Part shown: positions 62,082 through 64,000 of the stretch, one piece after another
Position numbering within the stretch: the first letter of the stretch is position 1
Layout of the letters: the number at the start of each line of letters is the position of its first letter
Notes under the pieces: generated by a model
The model's database searches: none
The model's input: the letters and a program-made list of their open reading frames with translations, nothing else
What the model was told of the DNA's origin: nothing
From: Sedimentisphaerales bacterium
GTDB taxonomy: Bacteria; Planctomycetota; Phycisphaerae; Sedimentisphaerales; Anaerobacaceae
DNA length: 64,000 nt
NCBI GenBank assembly: GCA_963708075.1
Contig: OY970194.1
Span: 5,216,001-5,280,000, forward strand
Direction: 5' to 3'
Translations under genes and position numbers: made by a program

Positions 62082-63218
62082 CTAGAGAAGCTCAACCAGG
62101 GCGGCGAAGGCGGTGAAACCGGCGCCGAAGGATAGGAGCAGGGCGCGGTCGTTCTTCTTGGGGCTGGCTTCTTCGAGGATCTTCTTGAGGACGAACATAA
62201 CTGTCGGGGAGGACATGTTGCCGTAGTTGCGGAATGTCTCGTAGGAGAACCGTAGTGTCTCCTCGGTCAATCCGAGATGTTTCTGGACGGCCATGAGGAC
62301 CTGCGTCCCGCCCGGGTGAACCGCCCACCATTGAATGTCGTCGGTGGTCAGGCCGTGGCGCTCCAGCAAGCGGCCCGTCGCCTGGGCGACGGCCTTGGCC
62401 CCGATCACCGGCACATTTCGCGTCAGCACGTTCCGCAGTCTTCCGCCCTGCGTCGTGTAGCGCAGTTGCTCGCGGTACCGCGGCAGTGTCACCGACTCGA
62501 AATCGATGAACTCCAGGAGCCCGCGTGTCTGGGCGGGTTTGAAACCCGCCCCTACGGGTCCGCGCACACTATTGGCAAAGGCCTTGAGGAGGCCACCCGT
62601 GGTGTCACCGTTCAAGTCCGCTTGCAGAATCGCCGCCGCGGCGCCGTCGGAGAAAATACTGTTGCTCACGATCAGGTCCGGGTCGGGCCCGAGGAAGAAG
62701 GTCGCCGAGCAGATTTCCACGGACAGGCACAGTACCGTCTTTCTCGCGCCGGATTGGATCATTCGGCAGCCGGTTTCGAGATTCGGGATCGCACCGCCGC
62801 AGCCCATGCCCATGAGGTCCAGTACGGCTGTATACGCGGGCAGGCCCAAGTCCTCGACGAGATAGGAGGACAGGCCCGGGCACAGGTAGCCCGTGCACGT
62901 GTTCACGATCAGGGCTTCGATCTGGGAGGCATCGAGGCCTGTCTGTTTTATGGCTGCCTCGGCGGCCTGGGCCGCGATGCGCCGACTGTGCCGGGCGAAT
63001 CGCGAGATCAGGAAATCCGCATCCTGTGAGCAGATCTCCTCATCCTCGTCTACGGAGATATACCGCCCGCGAATGGGTCCGTCCAGGAGCAACTGCCTGT
63101 ACAGCTCCCGTTCGCTCTGCTCCATGGGGAAGTGCGCCGCCATGAAATGGTAAATCTCCTCCTGCGTGGCGTATCGCCTGGGATTTGCCGTTGCCAGTGC
63201 GGACAGGATAGCTTTCAT
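62082..63218 (-). CDS. Type III polyketide synthase
   Basis: GMGCGG (Cys), HPGG (His), YGNMSS (Asn), FGAGF. Confidence 0.93.
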   Translation of the reverse strand: MKAILSALATANPRRYATQEEIYHFMAAHFPMEQSERELYRQLLLDGPIRGRYISVDEDEEICSQDADFLISRFARHSRRIAAQAAEAAIKQTGLDASQIEALIVNTCTGYLCPGLSSYLVEDLGLPAYTAVLDLMGMGCGGAIPNLETGCRMIQSGARKTVLCLSVEICSATFFLGPDPDLIVSNSIFSDGAAAAILQADLNGDTTGGLLKAFANSVRGPVGAGFKPAQTRGLLEFIDFESVTLPRYREQLRYTTQGGRLRNVLTRNVPVIGAKAVAQATGRLLERHGLTTDDIQWWAVHPGGTQVLMAVQKHLGLTEETLRFSYETFRNYGNMSSPTVMFVLKKILEEASPKKNDRALLLSFGAGFTAFAALVELL

Positions 63219-63929
63219 CGCCCCTCCTTGCGGTCAAAACGAACGACGCCTGCGACGCGACAGAACCACGCTCGCCGGACTACGGGCGCCGGATCGTGCT
63301 TGCTCAGCATCCCGGCCAGCTCCGCCGGTTTGAAACCCCGCCGGATCGACAGCAGGGCATCGTGCCGCAGCTCAGGGTCGACACGCAGGGTCAGAATCGC
63401 CGCGACCACATAGTTCAGCCCACAACGATGAAGATCGTTGATCAGCAGCGCGTGTCGCACGAAGCCGCGCAGGTGCGTGATAAGCCGGTCGGTTCTCCTC
63501 GGCCGTGAAGTGGTGAAAAACCATGGAGCCGAGTGCGTAGTCGAACTCCTCGGGCGGCTGATACGTGAAAATGTCCGTCTGCTCCAGACGGATCGCCTTG
63601 CAGTGCGCGCGGGCAAGGGACTCTTTTGCCATCGCGAGCACCTGGGGATTGTGGTCGGCACACGTGAATTCCACGCTATGGCCCTGGTTGGTCGCCCACT
63701 GTGTAATGGCCAGCGGGATATCGCAGTCTCCGCCGCCGAGGTCCAGGATCTTAACTGTCCGCCCGGCAGGGAAATTGGGCAGCTCGCGTTCGAGGAATTT
63801 GCGGACGACGCGAATACCGCCGCCGACGTGATTGACGAATTTGATGAATCGAAAGCTCTCCTGTGTCAGCCGCGGGTCGCTGTCGGGTCGGTCCATGAAT
63901 TCTTCGCCGCGCGCTCGCTGTTTAAGCAT
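63215..63929 (-). CDS. SAM-dependent methyltransferase; apparent 1-nt insertion at 63491-63497
   Basis: EFMD, ILDLGGGDCD, VFHHF then INDLHR..HDALLSIRRGF in the next frame. Confidence 0.85.
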
Positions 63930-64000
63930 CCCACAGCCCTCCATCGACGAGAGTCTGTGCGGCGTGTCTCATCCGACTCAACTGCTGCTCGCGAAACGCC

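Overview
GC-rich bacterial chromosomal window. Gene content (LamG/PA14, beta-helix and dockerin-like secreted proteins, Tat Gfo/Idh/MocA plus HEAT-repeat pair, dnaN-dciA-gyrB without dnaA/recF) suggests a Planctomycetota, probably Phycisphaerae/Sedimentisphaerales-like, anaerobe; this is inference, not a database result. It carries carbohydrate genes (GH38, galM, GH28, uxaE), a kaiC-like/kaiB/PAS-kinase/receiver cluster, an ECF sigma module, a LemA/TPM operon, a type III PKS with methyltransferase, two near-identical IS630-family copies and many palindromic REP-like repeats. Most notable: (1) an orphan phage/eCIS tail-tube (gp19-like) protein with an apparent signal peptide; (2) a MITE-like family with shared ~25-bp ends and 8-9 bp target duplications carrying different REP cargo, one copy with a CRISPR-like repeat/spacer pattern; (3) an in-frame, internally deleted mini-KaiC; (4) four frameshifting insertions that all turn GAGACC into GAGAACC, suggesting a modified-DNA motif causing sequencing errors; (5) a REP inserted in frame in the PKS; (6) a candidate oriC upstream of dnaN. 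No rRNA, tRNA or cas genes were recognised. All family assignments are by motif recognition, without searches.
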